A stretch of 64,000 bases of DNA, taken from NCBI GenBank assembly GCA_036556905.1, contig DATBIM010000102.1, positions 70,714 through 134,713 on the forward strand. The letters run 5' to 3'. This document shows, piece by piece, positions 29,399 to 37,525 of this stretch. Below the pieces are notes generated by a model. That model did no database searches. It saw nothing but the letters and a program-made list of their open reading frames with translations, and had not been told where the DNA came from. This DNA comes from Candidatus Methylomirabilota bacterium. Lineage in GTDB: Bacteria; Methylomirabilota; Methylomirabilia; Rokubacteriales; CSP1-6. The translations under genes and the position numbers were made by a program. The stretch's first letter is position 1; every line of letters begins with the position of its first letter.

Positions 29399-29869
29399 AT
29401 GTTCCTGCGCATCGCCGTCGTCGTGCTGGCATTGCTCGTCGCCGTTCCCACCTTCGCCCAGGACCGGCCCGCGGACACGATGCAGCTCGTGCGCGAGAAG
29501 GTCCGCGCCGACAAGAAGCTGCTGGTGGCCCAGAACATGGGTCTGACCGAGGCCGAGGCCAAGGGATTCTGGCCCGTCTACGAGGGCTACCAGCAGGAGC
29601 TCGACAAGATCTACGCGCGGATGGGCAAGGCCATCACGGACTACGCGAAGGCCTACAATGGGGATACGCTGACCGATGAGCAGGCCCGCAAGCTGAACGC
29701 CGAGGTGCTCGACATCGACGTCGCCGAGGCCGGTCTGGCCAAGACGTACGCGGGAAGGCTCGACAAGATCCTGCCCGCCAAGAAGGTCGCCCGCTATCTG
29801 CAAATCGAGCGGAAGATCCGGGCGGTCTTGCGCCACGAGCTGGCGGAAGCGATTCCGCTGGTAAAGTAG
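29399..29869 (+). CDS. secreted all-helical periplasmic protein, family not recognised
   Basis: Signal peptide AVPTFAQD; RBS AAAGGAGG; helical repeat 'LTEAEAKGFWPVYEGYQQEL' / 'LTDEQARKLNAEVLD'. Confidence 0.45.
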   Translation: MFLRIAVVVLALLVAVPTFAQDRPADTMQLVREKVRADKKLLVAQNMGLTEAEAKGFWPVYEGYQQELDKIYARMGKAITDYAKAYNGDTLTDEQARKLNAEVLDIDVAEAGLAKTYAGRLDKILPAKKVARYLQIERKIRAVLRHELAEAIPLVK

Positions 29870-29929
29870 TCGGGAGCCAGCTGGCAGCGGGCCAGCAGGG
29901 AGTCCCCGGCCGATGAACGAGAGGAGCGT

Positions 29930-30457
29930 GTGATGAAGAGATGGATAGCGCTGGTCCCCGGAATTCTGGTCGCGATGGTCCCGGTCGTCTCGTCGGCGCA
30001 GTCGTGTCCGCCTGAGGTGGACCAGGCCAAGAAGATGCTCTCGACGGTCGTCAGCGCCCAGAAGGCGGCCCAGGCTCCCCGGCAGCTCGCCGGAGCCCGC
30101 GGGAAGGATGCGCAAGCGCCCCGGGGCCAGGACGCGCAGGCCCCACGCGGCCAGGATGCGCAGGCTCCGCGGGGGCAAGACGCCCAGGCGCCCCGGGGCC
30201 AGGACGCGCAAGCTCCACGCGGCCAGGACGCGCAAGCGCCCCGGGGGCAGGACGCTCAGGCTCCGCGCGGACAGGACGCGCAGGCTCCGCGAGCAGCCGC
30301 CAGTGCCCCCAGCGCCCCCGATCGCGCCAAGAGCACCGCGGTCAACAACGCTCGGAAGCTCATTCAGCAGGCGGAGCTCGCCTGCAAGCAGAAGGACAAT
30401 CCTCAGGCCAGCGCGTACGCGAACGCGGCCATGGCGTTGCTCACTTACGCGAGGTAG
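29930..30457 (+). CDS. secreted protein with 8 tandem QDAQAPRG octapeptide repeats
   Basis: Signal peptide (VSSA-QS); (QDAQAPRG)x8; conserved-looking flanks. Confidence 0.55.
   Translation: MMKRWIALVPGILVAMVPVVSSAQSCPPEVDQAKKMLSTVVSAQKAAQAPRQLAGARGKDAQAPRGQDAQAPRGQDAQAPRGQDAQAPRGQDAQAPRGQDAQAPRGQDAQAPRGQDAQAPRAAASAPSAPDRAKSTAVNNARKLIQQAELACKQKDNPQASAYANAAMALLTYAR
30098..30299 (+). repeat. 24-nt tandem repeat x8 (coding) with synonymous variation between copies
   Basis: CAGGA(C/T)GC(G/C/T)CA(G/A)GC(G/T/C)CC(C/A/G)CG(G/C)GG(C/G/A) units; peptide copies identical, nucleotides differ at wobble positions. Confidence 0.7.
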
Positions 30458-30476
30458 GGGGGCAGGGTCGCGGCCG

Positions 30477-31346
30477 ATGCCCTACGAGACTTCGATCATC
30501 GACAGCATCCTGCACCCCTCCGATTTTTCCGAGGCCAGCGAGGTCGCGTTTGCCCACGCGCTCAAGGCGGCGCTGGTCGCGCAATCGCGACTCACCCTCT
30601 TCCACGTCTCGCCGGACATGCACGGCGAGTGGAGCGATTTCCCCGGCGTGCGTCGGACGCTGGAGCGCTGGGGCCTGATTCCACCCGACAGTCCCCGGTC
30701 CGCCGTCCCCAGCCTCGGCATCCAGGTGGACAAGATCATCGCCTACGAACGCAACCCGGTGTCGTCCGTGCTCCGCTACCTCGACACGCATCCGGCCGAC
30801 CTCATCGTGCTGGCTCCGCATCGCGAGGAGGGCGGCACGCACTGGTTCCGCGCGTCCGTCTCCGAGCCGGTCGCGCGCAAATCGGGTCAGGCCACGCTCT
30901 TCGTGCCGCATGGCGTGAAAGGGTTCGTGTCGCTCCAGGACGGCTCCGTGTCTCTGCAACGCATTCTGATTCCGGTGGCGGCCAGGCCGCGAGCCCAGTC
31001 AGCGATCGCCGGCGGTGCCCGTCTGGTCAGCCGGCTGTCTTGTCCGACGGGAACGTTCACCGTGCTGCACGTCGGGACCGCCGGCGACATGCCGGCGATC
31101 CATCCCCCCCAGGTGCCGGGCTGGCAGTGGGATCGGGTCACCAAGGTCGGCGACGTCGTCGACACCATTCTCGACACGGCCCAGCGCACCCGGGCCGACC
31201 TCATCGTGATGAGCACCGACGGACGGAACGGCTTTCTCGATGCGCTTCGGGGCAGCCACAGCGAGCGCATCCTGCGCCGTTCGCCGTGTCCGCTACTGGC
31301 GATTCCCGAGACGGCCTTCGTCGCGGAGGCGCTGAAGCAGGATTGA
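30477..31346 (+). CDS. universal stress protein (tandem UspA domains)
   Basis: Two USP-like halves, each ending with 'DLIVLAPH.../DLIVMSTDGRNGF...GSHSERILRRSPCPLLAIP'. Confidence 0.65.
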   Translation: MPYETSIIDSILHPSDFSEASEVAFAHALKAALVAQSRLTLFHVSPDMHGEWSDFPGVRRTLERWGLIPPDSPRSAVPSLGIQVDKIIAYERNPVSSVLRYLDTHPADLIVLAPHREEGGTHWFRASVSEPVARKSGQATLFVPHGVKGFVSLQDGSVSLQRILIPVAARPRAQSAIAGGARLVSRLSCPTGTFTVLHVGTAGDMPAIHPPQVPGWQWDRVTKVGDVVDTILDTAQRTRADLIVMSTDGRNGFLDALRGSHSERILRRSPCPLLAIPETAFVAEALKQD

Positions 31347-31352
31347 CGGCGC

Positions 31353-31366
31353 CCGGGCGCCGGCCC
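31353..31366. terminator. perfect 14-bp GC palindrome GGCGCCCGGGCGCC between convergent genes (possible bidirectional terminator hairpin)
   Basis: Self-complementary; lies in the 44-bp gap between the usp and MBL stop codons; no U-tract. Confidence 0.2.
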
Positions 31367-31390
31367 GGTCACCAGACACGGAACACCGAG

Positions 31391-32230
31391 TCAGTCGAGA
31401 TCGAAGGTTCGCCCCTCGGCGGCCGGCGTCACCGGGAAGTCGGGGTGGGCGTCGGCGAGGGCGGCAGCGATCGCCTTTTCGAGCGCGGCGTCGTCCCGCC
31501 CGGGATCATGATGAAACGGGACCAGGTGCTTGACCCCGGCCAGCCGGGCGAAGGCGAGGGCGTCGTGCATCGTGCTGTGTCCCCAGCCGGCGTGTCGGGG
31601 GTACTCCTCGCGGGTGTATTGCGCGTCGTGGAGAAGGAGGTCGACGCCCTGCGCCAGGTCGAAGCCGGAGGTCCATTCCGCATCGAGGGGAAAGCGGCGC
31701 GCCCCGAGTGCCGGCTCGTGGTCGGGAAGATAGGCGAGGGAGGCCCGTTCGGTCTCGATCCGGTAGCCGACCGTCGGACCCGGGTGGCACACGCGCGCCG
31801 CCCGGATCCGGAATGGGCCGATGGAGAAGTGTCCCCGACCCGTGTGGTGCAGCTCGAGCCGGCACGGTAGGTCGCGCAGCAGCACGGGGAACAGGGGCGG
31901 GGCGAGGTACCGTCGGAGGCGCGCCTCGAGGCTCAGCGTGGCGCTGGCCGGTCCCCAGATGTGGACTTCCATGGCGGGGTTGTAGAGGGGACCGAAGAAC
32001 CCCAGCCCGATGATGTGATCCATGTGAAGGTGGGTCAGCAGCACGTCTATCCGGCGCACCCTCGGGGGCAGCTCGAGCGCAAGCGATCGGATCCCCGTTC
32101 CCGCGTCGAGAACCAGCACCGTGTCATCCGGGCCCGTCACGCGCACACACGAGGTGTTGCCGCCGTAGCGGGCCGTGGCCCAGCCGGGCGCCGCCAGGGA
32201 GCCGCGCACGCCGTAGGGTATGACCTTCAT
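31391..32230 (-). CDS. MBL-fold metallo-hydrolase
   Basis: 'LLTHLHMDHIIGLGFF' (HxHxDH) motif; 4-nt overlap with the upstream PAS gene. Confidence 0.65.
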   Translation of the reverse strand: MKVIPYGVRGSLAAPGWATARYGGNTSCVRVTGPDDTVLVLDAGTGIRSLALELPPRVRRIDVLLTHLHMDHIIGLGFFGPLYNPAMEVHIWGPASATLSLEARLRRYLAPPLFPVLLRDLPCRLELHHTGRGHFSIGPFRIRAARVCHPGPTVGYRIETERASLAYLPDHEPALGARRFPLDAEWTSGFDLAQGVDLLLHDAQYTREEYPRHAGWGHSTMHDALAFARLAGVKHLVPFHHDPGRDDAALEKAIAAALADAHPDFPVTPAAEGRTFDLD

Positions 32231-32637
32231 GGTCCCTGGTGCTCCCAGAACATCGCCACGGCCCCCAGAAGGCGTTCCTCCTGGTCGATGATGGGGAAGG
32301 CCGTGAGCTCGACCTGCAGCCGCACGCGATCGCTGCGGCGCAGCAGCCAGCGTCGGGCATGCGCGGGGCGCCGCTGCTGCAGCGCGATGAGCAGGGGCCG
32401 TCTGGGGTCTTCCGAGCCGTCGTCGGGATCATCGCTCAGCTCGACGAGCCGGTCGGCCTCCTCCGGATCGATGCGGCCAGTCTCCTCGAAGCGTACGCCG
32501 AGAATCCGCTCGGCCGGCTCGTTGTAGAAGATGACCGTCCCCGTCGTGTCCATGACCAGCACCGGCACGAAGAGGTACCCCGCCAGGTGGCGGACGAGGA
32601 TCATCTCCACGGGCTGCTGCGTCGTCTCGGTGGTCAT
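32227..32637 (-). CDS. stand-alone PAS domain protein (136 aa)
   Basis: PAS fold features 'TGTVIFYNEPAERILGVRFEETGRI...'; gene sits in the tail of a longer spurious track ORF; 8-nt gap after the cbaA stop. Confidence 0.55.
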   Translation of the reverse strand: MTTETTQQPVEMILVRHLAGYLFVPVLVMDTTGTVIFYNEPAERILGVRFEETGRIDPEEADRLVELSDDPDDGSEDPRRPLLIALQQRRPAHARRWLLRRSDRVRLQVELTAFPIIDQEERLLGAVAMFWEHQGP

Positions 32638-32645
32638 GGCGGCCC

Positions 32646-34274
32646 TCACCAGACCCGGAAGCCGGGAGAAATAAACGGGGTGGTGGCGGCGAGCCGCACC
32701 AGCGTCGGCCCGTAGGCGACGGCGATCAGGATCACCGCCAGCGCCAGCCACGGCCGCCACCGATCCAGGAAGGCCGGTGACTGATCCGCCCCCGACAGGG
32801 CCTCGGCGAACTCGAGGGCCGGCTGCTCGGAGCGTCGTGAGGCCGTCACCGTCAGCACCATGTTGAGGAAGTAGAGCAGCGCGCTGACGAAGAGCAGGGC
32901 CCCCCCGATGCCGACCAGCGGCAGCAGGCTCTTCCAGTCCGGCTGCATGTAGGAGATGTGGCCGATCATGGTGCGGCGCGGCATCCCGCGCAGCCCCAGC
33001 TCGTGCAGCGAGGGCGAGAAGATCATCATGCCGGCGAACCAGAGCCAGACCTGGCCCAGAGCCAGCCGGGAGCTCCAGAGCGGGCGCCCGGCCAGGTGCG
33101 GCACCAGCCAGTACGTGATGCCCATGAAGGTGAGGGTGACCGCGGTGCCAACCGTGAGGTGCAGGTGCCCGACGATGTAGGCCGTGTTGTGCACGACCAT
33201 GTTCACGTTGAACGACGCGTTGACCAGCCCGCCGATGCCGCCGAAGGCGAACAGCACCATGGCCAGGACCTGCGCGGCCAGGGACGGATCGCCCCAGGGA
33301 AGCTTGCCGAACCAGGCCACCCAGCCCGTCCCGCCCCGCGCCCGGCCTCCGGTCTCCAGGGAGGCCACGACGTTGAAGAAGGTGAGCAGGCTCGGGAAGA
33401 AGACGGCGAAGGTGAGCAGCGCGTGCAGGAGCTTCCAGCCCTGATGAATGCCGGGATCGGCGTACTGGTGATGGATGCCGATCGGCGTGGAGAGGATCAA
33501 GAACAGGATGAACGAGGTCCGGGCCATCGGATCGCTGAACAGCTTGCCGCCGGCCTGCCGGGGGACCAGCGTGTACCAGGAGACGTAGGCCGGTAGCAGC
33601 CAGAAGTACACGATGGGGTGGCCTGTGAACCAGAACAGCGTCCGGGCCAGCAGGGCGTCGGTGCCGCTCAGCAGGCCCACCGACCACGGGATGATCATGA
33701 AGAGCATCTCGGCGGCCAGGCCCAGCGAGGCGATGGTCCACATCACAAACGTGACCAGCGACATGAACGCCGGGAGAGGCGTGCGGACCGCGGGGTTCCG
33801 GGTCCGCCAGGCGCGCCAGGTGAGGGCCAGATTCCACGTGACCAGCCAGGTGCCGGCCACCACCAGCGTGAGGCCGATGTAAAAGGCCCAGTGGGCCTTG
33901 AGCGGCGGGTAGAAGGTGAACATCACCGTCGCCGCGTTGCCAACCAGCGGGATGCTGGCCAGCGCGAGCCCCGCCGTCATGATCCAGAAGGTCAGCCAGC
34001 CGAGCCCGGCGCTGGCCAGCGGCACGCCGAGCGACCGGCTGAGAACGAACGGCAGGAACCCGCAGATGAAGAACGTGGTCCACACGAGCGCGTTGAGGAC
34101 GCCGTGGATCGAGAGGCTGTGGTAGTGGGAGCGGACCACCGGCGCCAGCGACGGGTAGACCTCGAGGCCCGCGTACTCCAGGGCCTGGAAGAGGCCGGTG
34201 GTCACGCCGCCGAACAGGGCGACGAGGGCAACGATCAGATTAGCGGCAGCCAGCCGCCGCTCGGTCGCCGTCAT
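32646..34274 (-). CDS. cbaA: cytochrome c oxidase subunit I, ba3-type (B-family heme-copper oxidase)
   Basis: Near-colinear with Thermus ba3 subunit I: 'TFYPPLKAHWAFY','FWFTGHPIVYFWLLPAY','LVPRQAGGKLFSDPMAR','HHQYADPGI','VNASF..NMVVHNTAYIVGHLHLTV','VAYGPTLV'. Confidence 0.85.
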   Translation of the reverse strand: MTATERRLAAANLIVALVALFGGVTTGLFQALEYAGLEVYPSLAPVVRSHYHSLSIHGVLNALVWTTFFICGFLPFVLSRSLGVPLASAGLGWLTFWIMTAGLALASIPLVGNAATVMFTFYPPLKAHWAFYIGLTLVVAGTWLVTWNLALTWRAWRTRNPAVRTPLPAFMSLVTFVMWTIASLGLAAEMLFMIIPWSVGLLSGTDALLARTLFWFTGHPIVYFWLLPAYVSWYTLVPRQAGGKLFSDPMARTSFILFLILSTPIGIHHQYADPGIHQGWKLLHALLTFAVFFPSLLTFFNVVASLETGGRARGGTGWVAWFGKLPWGDPSLAAQVLAMVLFAFGGIGGLVNASFNVNMVVHNTAYIVGHLHLTVGTAVTLTFMGITYWLVPHLAGRPLWSSRLALGQVWLWFAGMMIFSPSLHELGLRGMPRRTMIGHISYMQPDWKSLLPLVGIGGALLFVSALLYFLNMVLTVTASRRSEQPALEFAEALSGADQSPAFLDRWRPWLALAVILIAVAYGPTLVRLAATTPFISPGFRVW

Positions 34275-34765
34275 GGTCTGGGCTCGACGATGATCTTGCC
34301 GGCCATGGTGTGGTGGGCGATGCCGCAGTATTCGTGGCAGATGATCGGGTACTCGCCCGGCGTGTCGAAGCGCGCCTGGGCGTGGGAGATCTGTCCGGGC
34401 AACACCATCACGTTGATGTTGTGGCGGGGCACCAGGAGCCCGTGGACCACGTCCTTGCTGGTGGCCCAGAAGTGCACCGTGGATCCGGCCGGCACCCGGA
34501 TCTCGTTGGGCGCGAAGGTCCAGATCTGTGCGGTCAGCCGGACCTCGTACTGCCCGGGCGCGATCTGCACGACCCCGGGCTCCTTGAAGAGCGAGTGCTC
34601 GGCGACCTTGGTGGGATCGATCCGGCCCTGGTCGCCCACCAGGTTGATGCCGGCCCCGAACGCCGTCACGGCCAGGGCGGCGAGCATGCCCACGGGGATG
34701 GCGAAGCTCGGCAGGATCCAGGCCAGCTCCCAGAGGTGGACGGTCGTGGATCGCCGCGTGGCCAT
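34271..34765 (-). CDS. cbaB: cytochrome c oxidase subunit II, ba3-type (CuA)
   Basis: N-terminal TM; cupredoxin with CuA ligands 'HGLLVP...ICHEYCGIAHHTMAG'. Confidence 0.8.
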   Translation of the reverse strand: MATRRSTTVHLWELAWILPSFAIPVGMLAALAVTAFGAGINLVGDQGRIDPTKVAEHSLFKEPGVVQIAPGQYEVRLTAQIWTFAPNEIRVPAGSTVHFWATSKDVVHGLLVPRHNINVMVLPGQISHAQARFDTPGEYPIICHEYCGIAHHTMAGKIIVEPRP

Positions 34766-34769
34766 AACG

Positions 34770-34886
34770 TCAGCTCCGCCAGATCCGCAGATAGGTGTTG
34801 ATCCAGAATGCCGCCAGGATGGCCAGGTAGATCAGGATGAACAGGAGCGCGCCGCGCGGCTGCGCTTCGCCCTCGGGCTCGTCCAC
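34770..34886 (-). CDS. putative ba3 oxidase subunit IIa (single-TM ~38 aa, CbaD-like)
   Basis: GTG start; 'PRGALLFILIYLAILAAFWINTYL' resembles Thermus subunit IIa 'PKGALAVILVLTLTILVFWLGVYA'; 4 nt upstream of cbaB. Confidence 0.4.
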   Translation of the reverse strand: MDEPEGEAQPRGALLFILIYLAILAAFWINTYLRIWRS

Positions 34887-34906
34887 GGGCGGCCCTCCCC
34901 GGGGTG

Positions 34907-35392
34907 TCAAGGTCGCGAACCGCCCGCGTGCTGGATGGCCTCGAGGACCTCGGCCGGATGGGCGGCCGCGTCCCGGACACGCGGCCAGTGCTTGCGGACG
35001 ATGCCATCGGGGCCGATCCAGACCGTGGACCGGATCACGCCTTTGGTCTTCTTGCCGTACAGCACCTTGTCGCCGTAGGCGCCCCACGCTTGCATGACCC
35101 TTCGCTCGGGGTCGGTCAGGAGGGGAAAGGGCAGCTTGTACTTCGCCGCGAACTTCACGTGCGACGCCGGCGAGTCGGGGGAGACGCCGAGCACGACGAC
35201 GCCCGCCCGCTGCAAGTCCGTGTGCAGGTCGCGGAAGCCGCAGGCCTCCTTGGTGCAGCCGGGCGTGTCGTCCCGGGGATAGAAGTACACGACGACGTCC
35301 CGGCCTTTGAAATCGTCCAGGGACACGGGCTTGCCGGTCCCGTCGCTGAGGGTGAAGCTCGGCGCTTTGCGGCCTTCCGTGATCGCGGGCAT
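34907..35392 (-). CDS. bcp: thioredoxin-dependent peroxiredoxin Bcp (PrxQ family)
   Basis: Start at MPAITEGRKAPSF; 'VYFYPRDDTPGCTKEAC' peroxidatic/resolving Cys motif. Confidence 0.75.
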   Translation of the reverse strand: MPAITEGRKAPSFTLSDGTGKPVSLDDFKGRDVVVYFYPRDDTPGCTKEACGFRDLHTDLQRAGVVVLGVSPDSPASHVKFAAKYKLPFPLLTDPERRVMQAWGAYGDKVLYGKKTKGVIRSTVWIGPDGIVRKHWPRVRDAAAHPAEVLEAIQHAGGSRP

Positions 35393-35408
35393 GGCTGGCC
35401 GTCCCGGC

Positions 35409-35912
35409 TCAGAGCTTCTGCAGCATCGTCTCCGCGCCGCTGACCTCGAACTTGCCCGGCTGCTCCACGTTGAGGGCCTTGACAACCCCGTCGTCCACGA
35501 GCATCGAGTAGCGCTGCGAGCGCACGCCCATGCCGCGCGCGGTGAGGTCCATCTCCAGGCCCAGCGCCTTCGTGTAGGTGGCGCTGCCGTCGGCCATCAT
35601 CCGGACCTTGCCGCCGCACTTCTGGTCCTTGCCCCAGGCCCCCATCACGAAGGCGTCGTTCACCGCGATGCACCAGACCTCGTCGACGCCCTTGGCCTTG
35701 AGCTTGTCGAAGTTCTGCACGTAGCTGGGCACGTGCTTGGCCGAGCACGTGGGCGTGAAGGCCCCGGGCACGGCGAAGATGGCAATCCGCTTGCCCTTGG
35801 CCTGCTCGCTCACCGTGAAGTTGTTGGGGCCGATGGTGCAGCCCGGCCGCTCCGTGTCGATCAGCTCGGTCAGCGTTCCGTCGGGGAGTCGGTCACCTAC
35901 CTTGATCGCCAT
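35409..35912 (-). CDS. peroxiredoxin, Prx5/type II family
   Basis: 'FAVPGAFTPTCSAKHVPSY' active site; 167 aa. Confidence 0.75.
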   Translation of the reverse strand: MAIKVGDRLPDGTLTELIDTERPGCTIGPNNFTVSEQAKGKRIAIFAVPGAFTPTCSAKHVPSYVQNFDKLKAKGVDEVWCIAVNDAFVMGAWGKDQKCGGKVRMMADGSATYTKALGLEMDLTARGMGVRSQRYSMLVDDGVVKALNVEQPGKFEVSGAETMLQKL

Positions 35913-36000
35913 CAGATCCTCCTAGGGGGCGGTGGTGGTGGCCGCGAGTATACAGGAAGCCGGGTGTCATCGCAGCCGGACCCAGCGGGGAGGTGGCGCC

Positions 36001-36029
36001 TTGACTTACAAAACTGCTATCGATACCAT
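36001..36029 (+). promoter_or_regulatory. sigma70-like promoter TTGACT-17-TACCAT upstream of vapB (near-leaderless transcript)
   Basis: TTGACTtacaaaactgctatcgaTACCAT; local AT-rich dip in a 68% GC background; ATG 13 nt downstream of -10; contains ATCGAT palindrome. Confidence 0.4.
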
Positions 36030-36041
36030 CTCGGTAAGCCA

Positions 36042-36251
36042 ATGGAGTCGGTGACCCTATCGACCAAGTTCCAACTGGTCGTGCCGCGGGGCGCGCGCGA
36101 GCGTCTCCGCCTCCGGCCGGGGATGCGGATCACCGTTCTCGACAAGGGAGGCGTCATCTTTCTCGTACCGGAACGCCCCCTGCGCGCGTATCGCGGTATC
36201 GCCCGGGGCGTGAGCGTCAAGGGCCTGCGCGAGAAGAAGGACCGGTTCTGA
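36042..36251 (+). CDS. AbrB/MazE/SpoVT-type antitoxin (VapB-like)
   Basis: 69 aa; swapped-hairpin motif 'KFQLVVPRGARERLRLRPGMRITV...GGVIFLVP'. Confidence 0.65.
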   Translation: MESVTLSTKFQLVVPRGARERLRLRPGMRITVLDKGGVIFLVPERPLRAYRGIARGVSVKGLREKKDRF

Positions 36252-36616
36252 TCCTCGTCGATTCCAGCGGCTGGATCGAGTATCTGGCCAACCGGCCTCG
36301 GGCAGACCGCTTCGCGACGTACATCGAGGGGCGCGACCCGCTGCTCGTCTCCGTGATCGCGATCTATGAGGTGTACAAAGTGATCCGTCGGGAGTTGAGC
36401 GAGGAGCGGGCGGTGGAAGCCGTCTCGGCGCTCCGCCGGGCGACCATCGCGCCGGTGGACGAGCCTCTGGCGCTCGAGGCCGCCGACCTGTCCCTTGCCC
36501 ACGGCCTGGCCATGGCCGACTCGCTCGTGTATGCGACCGCCCGCCGGTTCTCGGCGACCCTCGTCACCGGCGACACCGACTTCACGGGACTCCCCGATAC
36601 GATCGTGGTCCGCTGA
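36251..36616 (+). pseudogene. PIN-domain toxin (VapC-like) disrupted by a -1 frameshift and lacking a canonical start
   Basis: N-terminal 'ILVDSSGWIEYLANRPR' (catalytic Asp) is in one frame; 'ADRFATYIEGRDPLLVSVIAIYEV...TGDTDF' is in the -1 frame; junction cctcgg|cag is consistent with loss of one G from a GGG run; no ATG/GTG/TTG upstream of ILVD. Confidence 0.55.
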
Positions 36617-36661
36617 CGGAGTACGCGCGGCGCGCCGGTCCGTTGGTTCGGCCGATCGCTG

Positions 36662-37525
36662 ATGGACACCGCGCGCACCTTCGTGACCCCCGATGGCGTG
36701 ACGCTGGCCTACCGCCTGTGGCGGCCGGGGTCGCCGCGCCGCACCGTCGTCCTGGTGCACGGGCTGGCCAGCAACCACACCCGTTGGGCCGAGTTTGTGG
36801 CGACGACACGGCTTCGCGAGTCGTGGGATCTCCTCCGCCCCGACCTGCGCGGCTTCGGAGCCTCGCTCGATCGAGGCCGGGTGGGGCTGGACGAGTGGTG
36901 CCGCGATCTGCGGGCGCTCCTGGTCACCGAGGCGGCACCACCGGCCGTGCTCGTCGGGCACTGCCTGGGGGCCAACGTCGTGTTGCACTTCGCGGCCGGC
37001 TCCCCGACGGCGACCCGGAGCCTGGTGCTGATCGAGCCGATGTTTCGCCAGGCCCTCACCGGCGCCCTGCGCCTGGCCGCGCGGCTTCGCCTGGCTGGAG
37101 CCACGCTGGCGGCCCTGGCGCGCGGCCTCAACCGGCTGGGCATTCACCGCCGGCGCCTGCCCACGCTCGATCTCGAGCAACTCGATCGCGAGGCCCGGGC
37201 GGCCGTGGCCGTCGCCGGCCCCGAGGCCTTTCCCGAGGCGCGCTTCGGCTCGGCGCTGGAGGATCTCAAGGTGACGCCGACGGCGGTGTACCTGGCCGGC
37301 TTGCAGGCGGTGACGAGTCCGCTGCCCGACCTTCGTGCGATCCCCGTGCCGGCCCTGGCGCTGCTCTCGCGCGGCGGCCGCTTCGGCGATCCCGACCTGA
37401 CGGCCCGGTTGCTGGCCGCGCTTCCCCGGGGCGAGGTCGAGATGCTCGAAGCGCGCCACTGGATCCCCACCGAGAGCCCGACGGACATGCGCCGGGCGAT
37501 CGAGGAATGGTGCGAGCGTGCTTGA
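36662..37525 (+). CDS. alpha/beta hydrolase
   Basis: 'VVLVHGLASNHTRW' and nucleophile elbow 'VGHCLGANVVL'. Confidence 0.65.
   Translation: MDTARTFVTPDGVTLAYRLWRPGSPRRTVVLVHGLASNHTRWAEFVATTRLRESWDLLRPDLRGFGASLDRGRVGLDEWCRDLRALLVTEAAPPAVLVGHCLGANVVLHFAAGSPTATRSLVLIEPMFRQALTGALRLAARLRLAGATLAALARGLNRLGIHRRRLPTLDLEQLDREARAAVAVAGPEAFPEARFGSALEDLKVTPTAVYLAGLQAVTSPLPDLRAIPVPALALLSRGGRFGDPDLTARLLAALPRGEVEMLEARHWIPTESPTDMRRAIEEWCERA

Noticed and set aside
27580-29562. 660-aa antisense ORF over the sulfatase tail and the AI-2E transporter
   Set aside because: Low-complexity Arg/Gly/His/Asp-rich translation; artefact.
30098-30299. Possible CRISPR array (regular 24-nt repeats)
   Set aside because: The units are directly tandem with no spacers, in-frame inside a secreted protein gene, and degenerate at wobble positions. 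This is a coding tandem repeat, not CRISPR.
32227-34083. 618-aa minus-strand ORF overlapping cbaA
   Set aside because: It is a frame-shadow of cbaA. Only its C-terminal 136 aa (the PAS protein) is a real gene and is annotated separately.
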